A stretch of DNA of 63,974 bases from an uncultured Ruminococcus sp. Lineage in GTDB: Bacteria; Bacillota; Clostridia; Oscillospirales; Ruminococcaceae. The stretch is taken from contig CAMNAB010000001.1 in assembly GCA_946530355.1 (NCBI GenBank), positions 1-63,974 of the forward strand, written 5' to 3'. Under the pieces are notes generated by a model that saw only the letters and a list, made by a program, of their open reading frames with translations, did not search any database and was not told the DNA's origin. This document shows, one piece after another, positions 21,485-30,865 of the stretch. Within the stretch, counting starts at the first letter, position 1. Each line of letters begins with the position of its first letter. The translations under genes were made by a program, and so were the position numbers.

Positions 21485-22672
21485 TCAGGCAGCAGGATCT
21501 GTTTTCATGCGTGCCTTGAGTGCATCAACGGCATCTGCGATCTGATTATCTTCTTCCTGTTCGGGATCATAAACGGAGAGCACATCCGGCTCCAGTCCCA
21601 CGCCGTGATAGCAGGGGGTCACGCCTGTTTCGATGGTGGAAGTGGTGATGGTCAGACCGCCGCTGGACAGTGCAAAGGTGGTCTGCATGATGCCTTTGCC
21701 GTAAGATTTTTCACCGACCAGAATGGCATCTGCATAATCCCGCAGGACGCATGCAAACAGCTCCGAGGAGCTTGCGCTGTTCTGGTTCATCAGCACGGCA
21801 TAGGGCATTTCTGTGCAGTTCGCATCAGAGGTGAGAATGGGCTGTTTTTCGCCGTTCCGGTTGACTGCGAAGGCAAGTTCGCCTTCCGGCAGCAGCGGAT
21901 CGACCATTTTTTCCAGTGCCGATACAACGCCGCCGCCGTTATCACGCACATCAAACAGGAATGCTTTTGCGCCCTGTTTGAGCAGATCCTGCCGGGCGGT
22001 TTCAAACTGTGCCGGCGATACATTCCGGAATTTGGAGATGCGGATATAGCCGATCTTATCCGGCAGCATCTCACTGATAACGGTGACCTCATCGAGTTTC
22101 ATGCGCATCAGCGAGAGTTTTTGCTCTTTACCGGTATCATGTTTTTTGATGCGCACCTGCACGGAAGTTCCGGCTTCTCCGTTGATGAGCGAGATCGCTT
22201 CCTGATAGCTTTCTTTTGCAGATACGCCTTCCACTTCCAGCAGAATATCTTCTTCTGCGATGCCGGCTTTTTCGGCAGAACCGCCTTCTGTCACGCCCAC
22301 AATGATGACATTGCCTTCTTCATCCGGTCGCACAGAGATCCCGATGCCGGTATAAACGCCGGCATTGTTATCCTCATAGGCAGAAAGCTCTCTGTCGCTG
22401 CGATAAACGCTGTATTTATCGCCGAGCCCCGCAACATATCCGGAGAGCATGCCGTCCAGCACATCTTCTTCCGGCACATCCTGATAAAAAGCCTCGCGTA
22501 CTTTCGCATCGAGTTCATCGAGCCGCTGATACTTTTCCGCAAGGCGGTCAACCTCTGTGACGGTCTGATTGAACTGCTTCCGGCTCATGGAAAGCGTGAT
22601 GACAAATGTTGCAGCAGCCGTCAGTGCCATCAGGCTGACGACCGTTCCCAGGCTGATTTTCTTCTTTTGCAT
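21485..22672 (-). CDS. S41 C-terminal processing peptidase (CtpA-like) with PDZ domain
   Basis: Start at ATG 22672 (MQKKKISLG...). N-terminal TM anchor, PDZ segment, Ser nucleophile context NSASSSELFA and Lys context GEKSYGKG. Confidence 0.88.
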   Translation of the reverse strand: MQKKKISLGTVVSLMALTAAATFVITLSMSRKQFNQTVTEVDRLAEKYQRLDELDAKVREAFYQDVPEEDVLDGMLSGYVAGLGDKYSVYRSDRELSAYEDNNAGVYTGIGISVRPDEEGNVIIVGVTEGGSAEKAGIAEEDILLEVEGVSAKESYQEAISLINGEAGTSVQVRIKKHDTGKEQKLSLMRMKLDEVTVISEMLPDKIGYIRISKFRNVSPAQFETARQDLLKQGAKAFLFDVRDNGGGVVSALEKMVDPLLPEGELAFAVNRNGEKQPILTSDANCTEMPYAVLMNQNSASSSELFACVLRDYADAILVGEKSYGKGIMQTTFALSSGGLTITTSTIETGVTPCYHGVGLEPDVLSVYDPEQEEDNQIADAVDALKARMKTDPAA

Positions 22673-22767
22673 AGGACAACGGCATTCCTTTCTTTGTTCA
22701 GAAAAAACAGGGGGAGAGAAACACGGAAACGGCAAGAAGCGGATTGCTCCCTGCCGTTCGTTGTGAT

Positions 22768-24366
22768 TCAGTAGAGGTAAGGCATCGGATCAACGAATGT
22801 ACCGTCCACAATGACGCTGAAATGGAGATGCGGGCCGGTAGAATTACCGGTGGAACCGACATTTCCGATTTTTTCACCGACATTGATATGCTGTCCCTGT
22901 GAAACGCTGATCGCACTCAGATGCGCATACAGTGTGCAAAGACCGTTTCCGTGGTCGATCTGTACATAGTTGCCGTAACCGCCGTTATAGCCGTATTTTG
23001 CGGTGATAACGGTACCGGAAGCAGCAGCGCAGGCATTTGCGCCGTTGATCGCACGGCTGTAGCTGATGATATCAATGCCCTTATGGATTCTGCCCCAGCG
23101 CGGGCCGAACGGGCTGGAAATATCATAATATCCGGGAGCCGGCCATGCAAGCTGTCCGCCTCTGTATTCCGCATTCGGAGCCGGTGCCGCAGTTGTAGCA
23201 GCGGTTGTTGCGGGAGCAGGGGGTGCAGTCGTCGGCGCAGGGGTTGTCGGGGCAGGGGTAGCCTGAGTCGTCGGTGCAGCGGTGGTCACGACCGGTGCTG
23301 CTGTTGTCACGACCGGAGCAGCGGTTGTCGGACGCGCCGTTGTAGCAGCGGGTCTTGCAGTCGTTGCTGCGGGTCTTGCTGTTGTGACAACGGGTCTTGC
23401 TGTTGTGACAACGGGTCTTGCGGTGGTCACGACAGGAGCCTGTGTGGTTCTGACAGTCGTTGTTGTTGTAGTTGTTGTCGTGGTGGTACGGCGGGCAGCT
23501 TCTTCGCGTGCACGTCTTTCCTGTTCTTCTCTGAGACGCTGTGCTTCCTCAGCAGCCTTTCTTGCGGCTTCCAGGATCAATTCTTCTTCTTCTTCCTTCA
23601 GCGCCTGCAAATCGGATTCATTTGCAGCCAGCTCACCCTGTTTTTCGCTCTGCTGATTGATGAGGAGCTGCTTTGCAAGGTCAGTATCTTTGACAACGTC
23701 ATTCAGCTCGGTTCTGGAAGCAGAGAACTCATCCAGCAGCACCTGCATTTCGGTCTGCTTGAGGTTCAGTGCCTGCAAGCTCGCAGTCAGATCCTGCTGA
23801 TTGTTATTCAGTTCCTTGATCTCATCGCGCAGCGAGTCGATCATATCGTCATCGTGCTTGGAAATGCGCTTGATGAGGTCGATCTTTGCAAGGACATCAT
23901 AGAAACTGGTTGCGCCGACAAGTGCAGAGAGCACGCTGTCATTGCCGTGGACATAGAGTGTCCGGATACGGGTCTTGAATGCTTCCAGACCGTCATCTAC
24001 AGCGAGCTGCTGCTCGTCGATCTGGATCTGGAGTGCATCAATTTCAAGCTGTTTCTGGTCAATATCCTGAAGGATGTTCTGAAGCTGGGTGTCGATCAGG
24101 AGCATTTTGCCGTTTATCAGATTGATTTCCTCGTTCAGTGTCTGCTCATAAGCGGCCTTCTTGTTGATGTCATCAGCAAGGGCGGCAAGCTCGATTTTCT
24201 TTTGGTCGATCTGTGCTTGTTTTTCTTTCTTTTCCGTTTCGATCTCAGCGAGTGTTTTTGCAGATGCGCTGATGCTTCTGTAGCTGTCATGATTCCATGC
24301 GAGTGTGCCGGCGGTGATGACAACAGCAGAAATCATAGCGATCGCCTTTGTAATATGATTGTTCAT
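22768..24366 (-). CDS. M23 peptidoglycan DD-endopeptidase with long coiled coil and Thr/Pro-rich linker (FtsEX-associated)
   Basis: Signal/anchor, about 270 aa of heptad-rich coiled coil, T10 run plus TTARPxx repeats. C-terminal M23 motifs HKGIDI, IDHGNGLCTLYAHL and GSTGNSTGPHLHF. Lies immediately downstream of ftsEX. Confidence 0.87.
   Translation of the reverse strand: MNNHITKAIAMISAVVITAGTLAWNHDSYRSISASAKTLAEIETEKKEKQAQIDQKKIELAALADDINKKAAYEQTLNEEINLINGKMLLIDTQLQNILQDIDQKQLEIDALQIQIDEQQLAVDDGLEAFKTRIRTLYVHGNDSVLSALVGATSFYDVLAKIDLIKRISKHDDDMIDSLRDEIKELNNNQQDLTASLQALNLKQTEMQVLLDEFSASRTELNDVVKDTDLAKQLLINQQSEKQGELAANESDLQALKEEEEELILEAARKAAEEAQRLREEQERRAREEAARRTTTTTTTTTTTVRTTQAPVVTTARPVVTTARPVVTTARPAATTARPAATTARPTTAAPVVTTAAPVVTTAAPTTQATPAPTTPAPTTAPPAPATTAATTAAPAPNAEYRGGQLAWPAPGYYDISSPFGPRWGRIHKGIDIISYSRAINGANACAAASGTVITAKYGYNGGYGNYVQIDHGNGLCTLYAHLSAISVSQGQHINVGEKIGNVGSTGNSTGPHLHFSVIVDGTFVDPMPYLY
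23175..23490 (-). repeat. In-frame tandem repeats encoding the Thr/Pro/Ala-rich linker of the M23 peptidase
   Basis: Protein: TTTTTTTTTT...VVTTARP VVTTARP VVTTARP AATTARP AATTARP TT AAPVVTT AAPVVTT AAP.... DNA shows 21-bp periodicity (acaacgggtcttgctgttgtg repeated). Boundaries are approximate. Confidence 0.6.
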
Positions 24367-24406
24367 GATACATCATCCTTTACACATAACATGTTTTTGC
24401 TGCTTT

Positions 24407-25339
24407 TTACATATTTGCAGCGCGGTATTTGAGGTGAACACGGGTTGAAAGGACACTTCCGAATGCGCCGATCAGCGAACCGGCGATGACATAAGAAAGC
24501 ATCACAATAATAGAGATTTTGCTGTATGGGATTACATTGCCGAGTCCGATCGTGCTGAGCACATCGAAGCGGCTGAGCAGATTCACAAGGCTGTCATAAG
24601 AGAACCATGTCAGAAGGGTTGCAAAAACGCCTGCCATAAATCCGTTGATCATACCCTCAATGAAGAACGGGAAGCGAATGAATGCTTTTGTTGCGCCGAC
24701 GCTCTGCATAATGCTGATCTCGCGGCGGCGGGAGAACACGCTTGCGCGGGTGGTATTGGAGATAATCACCATAGAAACGATGAGCATTGCAACGATGATC
24801 GCAGATGCAACGATCGTGACAACACGGCGCGTTTCGGTGAGCAATTCGATGAAGGAATCCGGCGAACTGACGTATTCCACATCCGGGATCTGTTCGGTTG
24901 CACGGAGTGTTTCGTCCATGCGGGAGATATCGCTGACGCGGATCCGGTAGGCATCGGGCAGCGGATTGTCATTGCCGAGCGAATCAAACACTTCGGTATA
25001 ATCGCTCATTTTATTTTTCAGATCATCAAATGCTTCTTCGCGGGTATAGAGGTCAACGGAGCCGATGTTATCCATTTTCTGGAGATATTCACCGATCTCG
25101 GAGACACGCTCCGGCGTTGTACCGTCGAGCAGATAAACAATGACCTCATTTTTGTCTTCGATCCCGCCGATGATGGAATTGATGTTGATATAGAACAGAA
25201 CGGAAATACCGACGAGCAGGAGACTGACGAGCAGCACGCAGAACGATGCAAACGCCATAACGCGGTTTTTCCAGACATTGTCGAAGCCCTGTCCCACAAG
25301 ATACCGAAAACTACTGAGCTTCAACTTCTGCGCCTCCAA
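24407..25339 (-). CDS. ftsX: Cell-division ABC transporter permease FtsX
   Basis: Four-TM FtsX topology with a large extracytoplasmic loop. The track start (25339) is TTG; an in-frame TTG at 25324 sits 8 nt after GGAGG and may be the true start. It overlaps the ftsE 3' end. Confidence 0.85.
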   Translation of the reverse strand: MEAQKLKLSSFRYLVGQGFDNVWKNRVMAFASFCVLLVSLLLVGISVLFYININSIIGGIEDKNEVIVYLLDGTTPERVSEIGEYLQKMDNIGSVDLYTREEAFDDLKNKMSDYTEVFDSLGNDNPLPDAYRIRVSDISRMDETLRATEQIPDVEYVSSPDSFIELLTETRRVVTIVASAIIVAMLIVSMVIISNTTRASVFSRRREISIMQSVGATKAFIRFPFFIEGMINGFMAGVFATLLTWFSYDSLVNLLSRFDVLSTIGLGNVIPYSKISIIVMLSYVIAGSLIGAFGSVLSTRVHLKYRAANM

Positions 25340-26003
25340 TCACTTCGTCAAACACGACTTCACCTTCACTGATATTGATAATTCTGCCGCCGAAATGGCG
25401 CACCATTTCATGTGCATGTGTGACCATCAGGATGGTCGTGCCGCAGGCATTGATGCCCTGCAGGAGCTCCACAAGCTCATAAGCAAGCTCCGGATCGACA
25501 TTACCGGTCGGCTCATCGGCAATGAGGAGCGCCGGATCGTTGACCAATGCACGGGCGAGTGCACATCTTTGCTGTTCGCCGCCGGAGAGTTCACTCGGAT
25601 AGCAGTCCGCTTTATCCTGCAATCCGACGAGCGACATCACATAAGGCACACGCTTCTGGATCTGCTTTTTCGGTGCGTCGATCACGCGGAGCACGAATGC
25701 GATATTCTCATAGACGGTCATGGTATCAATCAGGCGGTAATCCTGAAAGACGACCCCGATCGTTCTCCGGAATTCGGGCACCTTTCTTTTTTTCATTTTC
25801 GTCAGATCATAGCCATTGACATACACCTCGCCGCGATTTGCATCGAGTTCTTTCAGCAGGAGCTTAATCAATGTGCTTTTTCCGGCACCGGAGCGCCCGA
25901 TGACGAATGCAAATTCGCCGTCTTCGACTTTCAGACTGACATCTGAGAGTGCTTCCACGCCGGTGCTTTCGTAGATGACGGAAACATTTTTCAGTTCAAC
26001 CAC
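25311..26003 (-). CDS. ftsE: Cell-division ATP-binding protein FtsE
   Basis: Walker A GRSGAGKST, ABC signature LSGGEQQR, Walker B LLIADEPT. GTG start 7 nt after AAGGAGG. Confidence 0.93.
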   Translation of the reverse strand: MVELKNVSVIYESTGVEALSDVSLKVEDGEFAFVIGRSGAGKSTLIKLLLKELDANRGEVYVNGYDLTKMKKRKVPEFRRTIGVVFQDYRLIDTMTVYENIAFVLRVIDAPKKQIQKRVPYVMSLVGLQDKADCYPSELSGGEQQRCALARALVNDPALLIADEPTGNVDPELAYELVELLQGINACGTTILMVTHAHEMVRHFGGRIINISEGEVVFDEVIGGAEVEAQ

Positions 26004-26111
26004 ACGGGAACCTCCTTTTGGATGTTTTTTGAACAGCGCTTTGCAGTAGATGCAAAGCAGAACGCTGTTCCGTCTTCCGATGGTAGAAAAGTAAATATTT
26101 TGAACATAGAA

Positions 26112-26141
26112 AGTGCCAAACGAAGCAGATCGTTTGGCACT
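26112..26141 (-). terminator. Hairpin terminator after the PucR-like regulator gene
   Basis: AGTGCCAAACG / CGTTTGGCACT 11-bp stem, followed on the minus strand by TTCTATGTTCAAAATATTT. Confidence 0.5.
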
Positions 26142-26179
26142 CCCCAGTTACAAACAAAGCATTTGCTGCCTCATCCCGA

Positions 26180-27265
26180 TCAGAACTTCACAGGACTTGC
26201 AGACAGATATTTTTTGACCATCAAAGCGATCTTGAAGATGATAGCGTGGTCGAATTCACGCAGGTCAAGACCGGTGAGCTTCTTGATCTTCTCGAGTCTG
26301 TACACCAAAGTGTTGCGGTGCACGAACAGTTTACGGGAAGTTTCAGAAACATTCAGATTATTTTCGAAGAAGCGCTGGATGGTAAACAGCGTTTCATGAT
26401 CGAGGCTTTCGATGCTGCCGCGCTTAAAGACCTCATGCAGGAAGGTTTCGCAGAGGGTGGTCGGCAGGTGGTAGATCAGGCGGGCGATACCGAGGTTATC
26501 GTAGCTGACGATGACCTTATCCGTATCGAAGACCTTTCCGACTTCGAGTGCCATCTGGGCTTCCTTGAAGGAACGGGCGAGGTCTTTGACACCGATGACG
26601 CTGGTACCGATGCCGACATTGACGCGGGTATAGAACTCACTGGAAAGCGTATCTGCAATCGAGCGTGCGAGCTTTTCGAGGTCTTTGCTTTCGACTGTCG
26701 ATTTGATTTCCTTGACCAGAACGATGTCTGTTTCCGTGATATTGAAAACAAAGTCCTTGCTTTTATCCGGGAACAGATTCTGAATGACATCATAAGCGGA
26801 GATGTCGTTTGCGGAAACGATGCGGATGAGGAACACAACGCGGCTGATCTCCGCATTGAAGTGGAGTTCACGCGCCTTGACGACAATATCACCGGGCAGA
26901 ACATTATCGAGGACAACATTCTTGATGAAGTTATTGCGGTCATATTTTTCATCATAATACTGTTTGATGCTGGACATTGCGATTGCAAGGATATCAGCAT
27001 ACTTTGCAGCATTTTCATCGGTACCTTCCACGAACACTGCATAATCAGGTGTTGTGCGGACACCGAACGGCTTATAGGTATAGCCGTCGCGGATAAAGAG
27101 GTCACCTGACTCATTCATATCCATTGAAACGAACTCGTTCGTTGTGCCGACGCGGTTCGGATCGCTGCAAGCAATGATGGTTGCAGTTTCATCGACAACG
27201 CCGATGGTTGCGTGGATGGTATCGTGCATCTGGACGACAAGTCCCTGAAACGGTCTGTTAGACAT
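26180..27265 (-). CDS. PucR/CdaR-family transcriptional regulator
   Basis: C-terminal PucR-type HTH (TLFTIQRFFENNLNVSETSRKLFVHRNTLVYRLEKIKKLTGLDLR). Start moved to ATG 27265 (MSNRPF...), 8 nt after AAGGGA; the track start is TTG. Confidence 0.8.
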   Translation of the reverse strand: MSNRPFQGLVVQMHDTIHATIGVVDETATIIACSDPNRVGTTNEFVSMDMNESGDLFIRDGYTYKPFGVRTTPDYAVFVEGTDENAAKYADILAIAMSSIKQYYDEKYDRNNFIKNVVLDNVLPGDIVVKARELHFNAEISRVVFLIRIVSANDISAYDVIQNLFPDKSKDFVFNITETDIVLVKEIKSTVESKDLEKLARSIADTLSSEFYTRVNVGIGTSVIGVKDLARSFKEAQMALEVGKVFDTDKVIVSYDNLGIARLIYHLPTTLCETFLHEVFKRGSIESLDHETLFTIQRFFENNLNVSETSRKLFVHRNTLVYRLEKIKKLTGLDLREFDHAIIFKIALMVKKYLSASPVKF

Positions 27266-27474
27266 AATCAAATTCCCTTCGCTTTCTTCATGATTTTTTG
27301 AATGGGGAGTGCCATGATTACAAGCAAGAGGGAAGTGCCGTTACAGCAGGATCGGCGTGACATGCAGACACAGTATATGCCTGCTGTGACCGAAACTATT
27401 ACAGATTGTAACACATTTCCCTTGCTTAATTGTTACCAAACTATGAACAGAATGTTAATATTCTGTGAATTCGG

Positions 27475-27514
27475 GTAAAATTACCGATTTTCCTTGTAAA
27501 ATTTACCGAATTTT
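27475..27514. repeat. Two direct repeats GTAAAAT(T)TACCGA(A)TTTT in the PucR-like gene upstream region
   Basis: gtaaaattaccgatttt (27475-27491) and gtaaaatttaccgaatttt (27496-27514), 4 nt apart, about 210-250 nt upstream of the regulator start. Confidence 0.6.
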
Positions 27515-27559
27515 GCATTTGGAAAGTCTCAGAAGCGTAACTTAAACGTTACAAACCGG

Positions 27560-29329
27560 TTACATTTTTTCAGGAGCTGTAACCTTCAATAGACCGAGCA
27601 CATTGCCCAGCACCTGTCTTGCGGCATCGCAGAGCAGCAGACGCGCATCCCGCAGCTCCGCAGATTCGGCATCCCGCACCTTGCAGGAGTCATAGAACTT
27701 ATGGAACTGTGCAGCCAGATCGACGGAATATTTTGTCAGTCTGGACGGGTCGAGCTGATTTGCAGCGGATGTGATCTCAGCGGGCAGCAGAGCGAGCTGA
27801 CGGATCAATTCGCGCTCGGCGGGGGTGGAGAGCAGCTCTGTTTTTGCGGTATTTGCATCCGGAACAGCCACGCCTGCATCGGCGAGATTCCGGATCAGGC
27901 TGCAAATACGGGCATGTGCATACTGCACATAATAAACGGGATTTGAAGAAGATTTTTCTACAGCTAAGTCCAGATCAAACTCAAAATGCGAGTTTGCTTC
28001 ACGCAGATTGAAGAAGAATCTTGCTGCATCCACCGGAATATCTTCCAGCAGTGTGACGAGTGTCAGTGCTTTTCCGCTTCGCTTGGACTGCTTGACCGGC
28101 TGACCGTCCCGCATTACGGCGACCATCTGCATGAGCACAACAGTCAGGCGGGATGCATCCACGCCGAGCGCAGTGAGTGCAGCTTTGAGGCGCGGCACAT
28201 AGCCGTGATGGTCTGCGCCGAGAATATCAATTGCGCGGTTGAAGTTTCTGGTCACAAGTTTATTATAATGGTATGCGATATCCGGCACGACATAAGTCGG
28301 GATGCCGTTGGAACGGACGATGACAAAGTCCTTATCTGCGCCGAGTTCTTCTGCTTTGAACCACAGAGCGCCTTCTTTTTCATAGGTATAGCCGCTGTCT
28401 TTGAGCTGCTGAATGATCTGTGCGACGCTGCCGTTTGCGTGCAGCGTGCTTTCCGGGAACCATGTGTCATAGTGGATCCGGTATTGTGCGAGGTCATCCT
28501 GCAAGCCCTGAATATTCTTCGGAAGGGCGAAATCCACGAGTGCTTTTTTGCGGTCTTCCTCGGAAGCATCTGCAAAAGCATTGCCGTTTAAGTCATAGAA
28601 ATTCTTCGCATGTGCGATGATATCCTGACCCAGATAGACATCTTCGGGCATCGGGAAATCTGCTGTGTTGCCGTTTTCGCCGTAAATACGCTTGCAGACA
28701 TCTTCGAGATCGGCAGCAGACTGACAAACAGTCTGACCCTTTTCAGAGCAGATCTGCAAATACCGCAGAGAGAGCGATTTGCCGAATTTTTCGATCTGGT
28801 TGCCGGCATCGTTGATATAGAATTCACGTTCTGTCTCATAGCCGGCAGCCTGCAAAACGGAAGCGAGACAGTCGCCGATTGCGCCGCCGCGGGCATTTCC
28901 GACATGCATGGGGCCGGTCGGGTTCGCGGAAACGAATTCCACAAGCACCCGTTCGCCTGCACCGATATTGACCTTGCCGTAATCGCTGCCTTCCGCCTTG
29001 ACATTGCGGATGACATCGGAATACCAGCGCTGAGCGAGATAAAAGTTCATGAAACCGGGGCCTGCGATCTCGACCTTTTCGAAGGAAGAATCCTGAAGAT
29101 CGAGTGCACCTGCGATCGCTTCGGCGATCTTGCGCGGTGCCATATGCAGTGTTTTGGCAGAGACCATTGCGACATTTGCGGCGAAATCGCCGTGTGCGCG
29201 GTCAGCGGGAATTTCAATATTGAAGGCAGGCAGGGGTTCGGCACTGAATGTGCCGTCTGCGACGAGTCGTCCCATTGCCTCCAGAATCAGAGATTTTGCC
29301 TCATCGGCAGAAGCGGATATATGATTCAA
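27560..29329 (-). CDS. argS: Arginine--tRNA ligase
   Basis: Class I HIGH variant (ANPTGPMHVGNARG), the Arg-tRNA synthetase N-terminal domain and a C-terminal anticodon-binding domain ending ...TAPEKM. TTG start 9 nt after AAAGGAG. Confidence 0.94.
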   Translation of the reverse strand: MNHISASADEAKSLILEAMGRLVADGTFSAEPLPAFNIEIPADRAHGDFAANVAMVSAKTLHMAPRKIAEAIAGALDLQDSSFEKVEIAGPGFMNFYLAQRWYSDVIRNVKAEGSDYGKVNIGAGERVLVEFVSANPTGPMHVGNARGGAIGDCLASVLQAAGYETEREFYINDAGNQIEKFGKSLSLRYLQICSEKGQTVCQSAADLEDVCKRIYGENGNTADFPMPEDVYLGQDIIAHAKNFYDLNGNAFADASEEDRKKALVDFALPKNIQGLQDDLAQYRIHYDTWFPESTLHANGSVAQIIQQLKDSGYTYEKEGALWFKAEELGADKDFVIVRSNGIPTYVVPDIAYHYNKLVTRNFNRAIDILGADHHGYVPRLKAALTALGVDASRLTVVLMQMVAVMRDGQPVKQSKRSGKALTLVTLLEDIPVDAARFFFNLREANSHFEFDLDLAVEKSSSNPVYYVQYAHARICSLIRNLADAGVAVPDANTAKTELLSTPAERELIRQLALLPAEITSAANQLDPSRLTKYSVDLAAQFHKFYDSCKVRDAESAELRDARLLLCDAARQVLGNVLGLLKVTAPEKM

Positions 29330-29344
29330 TGAGCAGCACTCCTT

Positions 29345-29812
29345 TCAGATTCGCGTTGTTTTGCCGCCTGACCGGTTTGTATCCAGCAGGCTGACATTCA
29401 GATCTATTGTATTGACAGCCGAATAAGTTTCACCGACATCCAGCATATAGCGCAGGCGAAGCGTTCCGCCTTTTTCGGTCAGATCGGCTGCGATTAGCGT
29501 GGTACAAAGCATCATTTCCATAGAACCGAGCATGGTTTTATAGCGCACAGGATGGGTTCTGCCGGGTTCCAGCACCATAACTGCCTCTGCAAAGCCGGTT
29601 TTATGGATGGTCACCAGATGCTCTGAGAGGACGGTAATGACAGTTTCGCCGACGGTATCGCCGGACTCATCGAGTTCGCGGTAAGCGATCTCAAAATGGT
29701 CGCTTTTCTTTTTGAAAAACGCAGTTGTGTTAAGATCGGAGATGTCTGTTTCGCTGTCGGCTTCCTGTGTGCTGTGGATGGAAAGCACGGCATTTTCAAT
29801 GCGTTTTGTCAA
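29345..29812 (-). CDS. DUF1934 (YwiB-like) beta-barrel protein
   Basis: 155-aa protein immediately upstream of argS, the conserved Firmicutes ywiB-argS arrangement. TTG start 7 nt after AAGGGGG. Confidence 0.68.
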   Translation of the reverse strand: MTKRIENAVLSIHSTQEADSETDISDLNTTAFFKKKSDHFEIAYRELDESGDTVGETVITVLSEHLVTIHKTGFAEAVMVLEPGRTHPVRYKTMLGSMEMMLCTTLIAADLTEKGGTLRLRYMLDVGETYSAVNTIDLNVSLLDTNRSGGKTTRI

Positions 29813-29827
29813 ACTCTTACCCCCTTA

Positions 29828-30865
29828 TCAGAAAACGCGGTCGGAATGCTCGATCGCCTGTTCAATGAGCTTTTCGACGAGATAGGGATAGCGCATGCCG
29901 AGATCTGCCATCAGAGTCGGATAGGCAGCAGCTTCTGCAAGCTCCGGCATGGTGTTGACTTCTCCGAGCAGGATATCGCCGCGTTCGGTGCAGTAGAGGT
30001 CAAACAGCGCGAGCGACTGACATTCGAGCGCACAATAAGCATTGATTGCGAGCTCCCGCATGATGCGTGCGGTATCGTCATCGAGGTCTGCCGGCACGAT
30101 GATCTGTTTCTTGTCATCCTTTTTCAGTTCGCCGACAAACGATGCAAACGGCAGATCATATCCGAACACACCGACACGGAATTCTCTGCCTTCGACCAGT
30201 TCCTCTGCGAGCACGGAACTGTCACGGGTAAACGCACGCTTGACAAGTGCGGCAAGCTGTTCCCGGTTGACGGCAACGCCGGATGCATTTGAGGAATCGC
30301 TGCACGAGGGCTTGACATAGATCGGATAATCGAGTTTTTCGATGATACGGTCATATTCATGTTCCAGACGGTTCAGGTTCCGGCGGGAGACAGATACCCA
30401 CCGCGGCATCGGGATCCCGGCAGCGGTCAGCAGGGTATGGGTCAGGGATTTGTTCCGACAGACCGCAGATCCGCAGACATTATTGCCGACATACGGGATA
30501 CCGGACAGCTCACAAAGCCCCTGAATGGTACCGTCTTCGCCGTAAATGCCCTGCAGCAGCGGGAAGATCACATCAATGCGCTTGAGTGTATAGTGTCCGT
30601 CATCGAGGATGAGAATGCCGTTATGGGCAGGATCGGGGGAGAGGACTGCGGGTGTGCAGTCGGGATTCTCCACCCATTTTCCGGTTGCGATCTCGTCATA
30701 ATCGCCGGGAAAATAGAGCCATCTGCCTTTTTTATTGATGCCGACCGGTACGATCTCATATTTTTCGGTATTCAGCACGCGCAGAATGGAAGCAGCGGAA
30801 ACCAGAGAAGCCTGATATTCACCTGAAACGCCGCCGAATAAAACAAGCAGTCGGATTCTTGCCAT
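29828..30865 (-). CDS. ddl: D-alanine--D-alanine ligase
   Basis: MARIRLLVLFGGVSGEYQASLVSA N-terminus, ATP-grasp motifs and GEVNTMPE near the C-terminus. ATG with AAAGGGG RBS. Confidence 0.93.
   Translation of the reverse strand: MARIRLLVLFGGVSGEYQASLVSAASILRVLNTEKYEIVPVGINKKGRWLYFPGDYDEIATGKWVENPDCTPAVLSPDPAHNGILILDDGHYTLKRIDVIFPLLQGIYGEDGTIQGLCELSGIPYVGNNVCGSAVCRNKSLTHTLLTAAGIPMPRWVSVSRRNLNRLEHEYDRIIEKLDYPIYVKPSCSDSSNASGVAVNREQLAALVKRAFTRDSSVLAEELVEGREFRVGVFGYDLPFASFVGELKKDDKKQIIVPADLDDDTARIMRELAINAYCALECQSLALFDLYCTERGDILLGEVNTMPELAEAAAYPTLMADLGMRYPYLVEKLIEQAIEHSDRVF

Noticed and set aside
21605-24432. Plus-strand ORFs 21605-22774 and 22921-24432, antisense to ctpA and the M23 peptidase
   Set aside because: These are shadow ORFs. 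The second is inflated by the Thr/Pro repeat, which reads as Cys/Ser/Gly/Arg repeats in the other frame.
26031-26070. Imperfect hairpin GAACAGCGCTTTGCA...TGCAAAG...CGCTGTTC upstream of ftsE as a terminator
   Set aside because: It has no T-tract on either strand in the right position. It may be a leader structure, but the evidence is too weak to call it a feature.
29330-30865. T-box leader upstream of argS
   Set aside because: argS is preceded by only 15 nt after the DUF1934 gene, and that gene by 15 nt after ddl. There is no room for a ~200-nt T-box, so the three genes form one operon.
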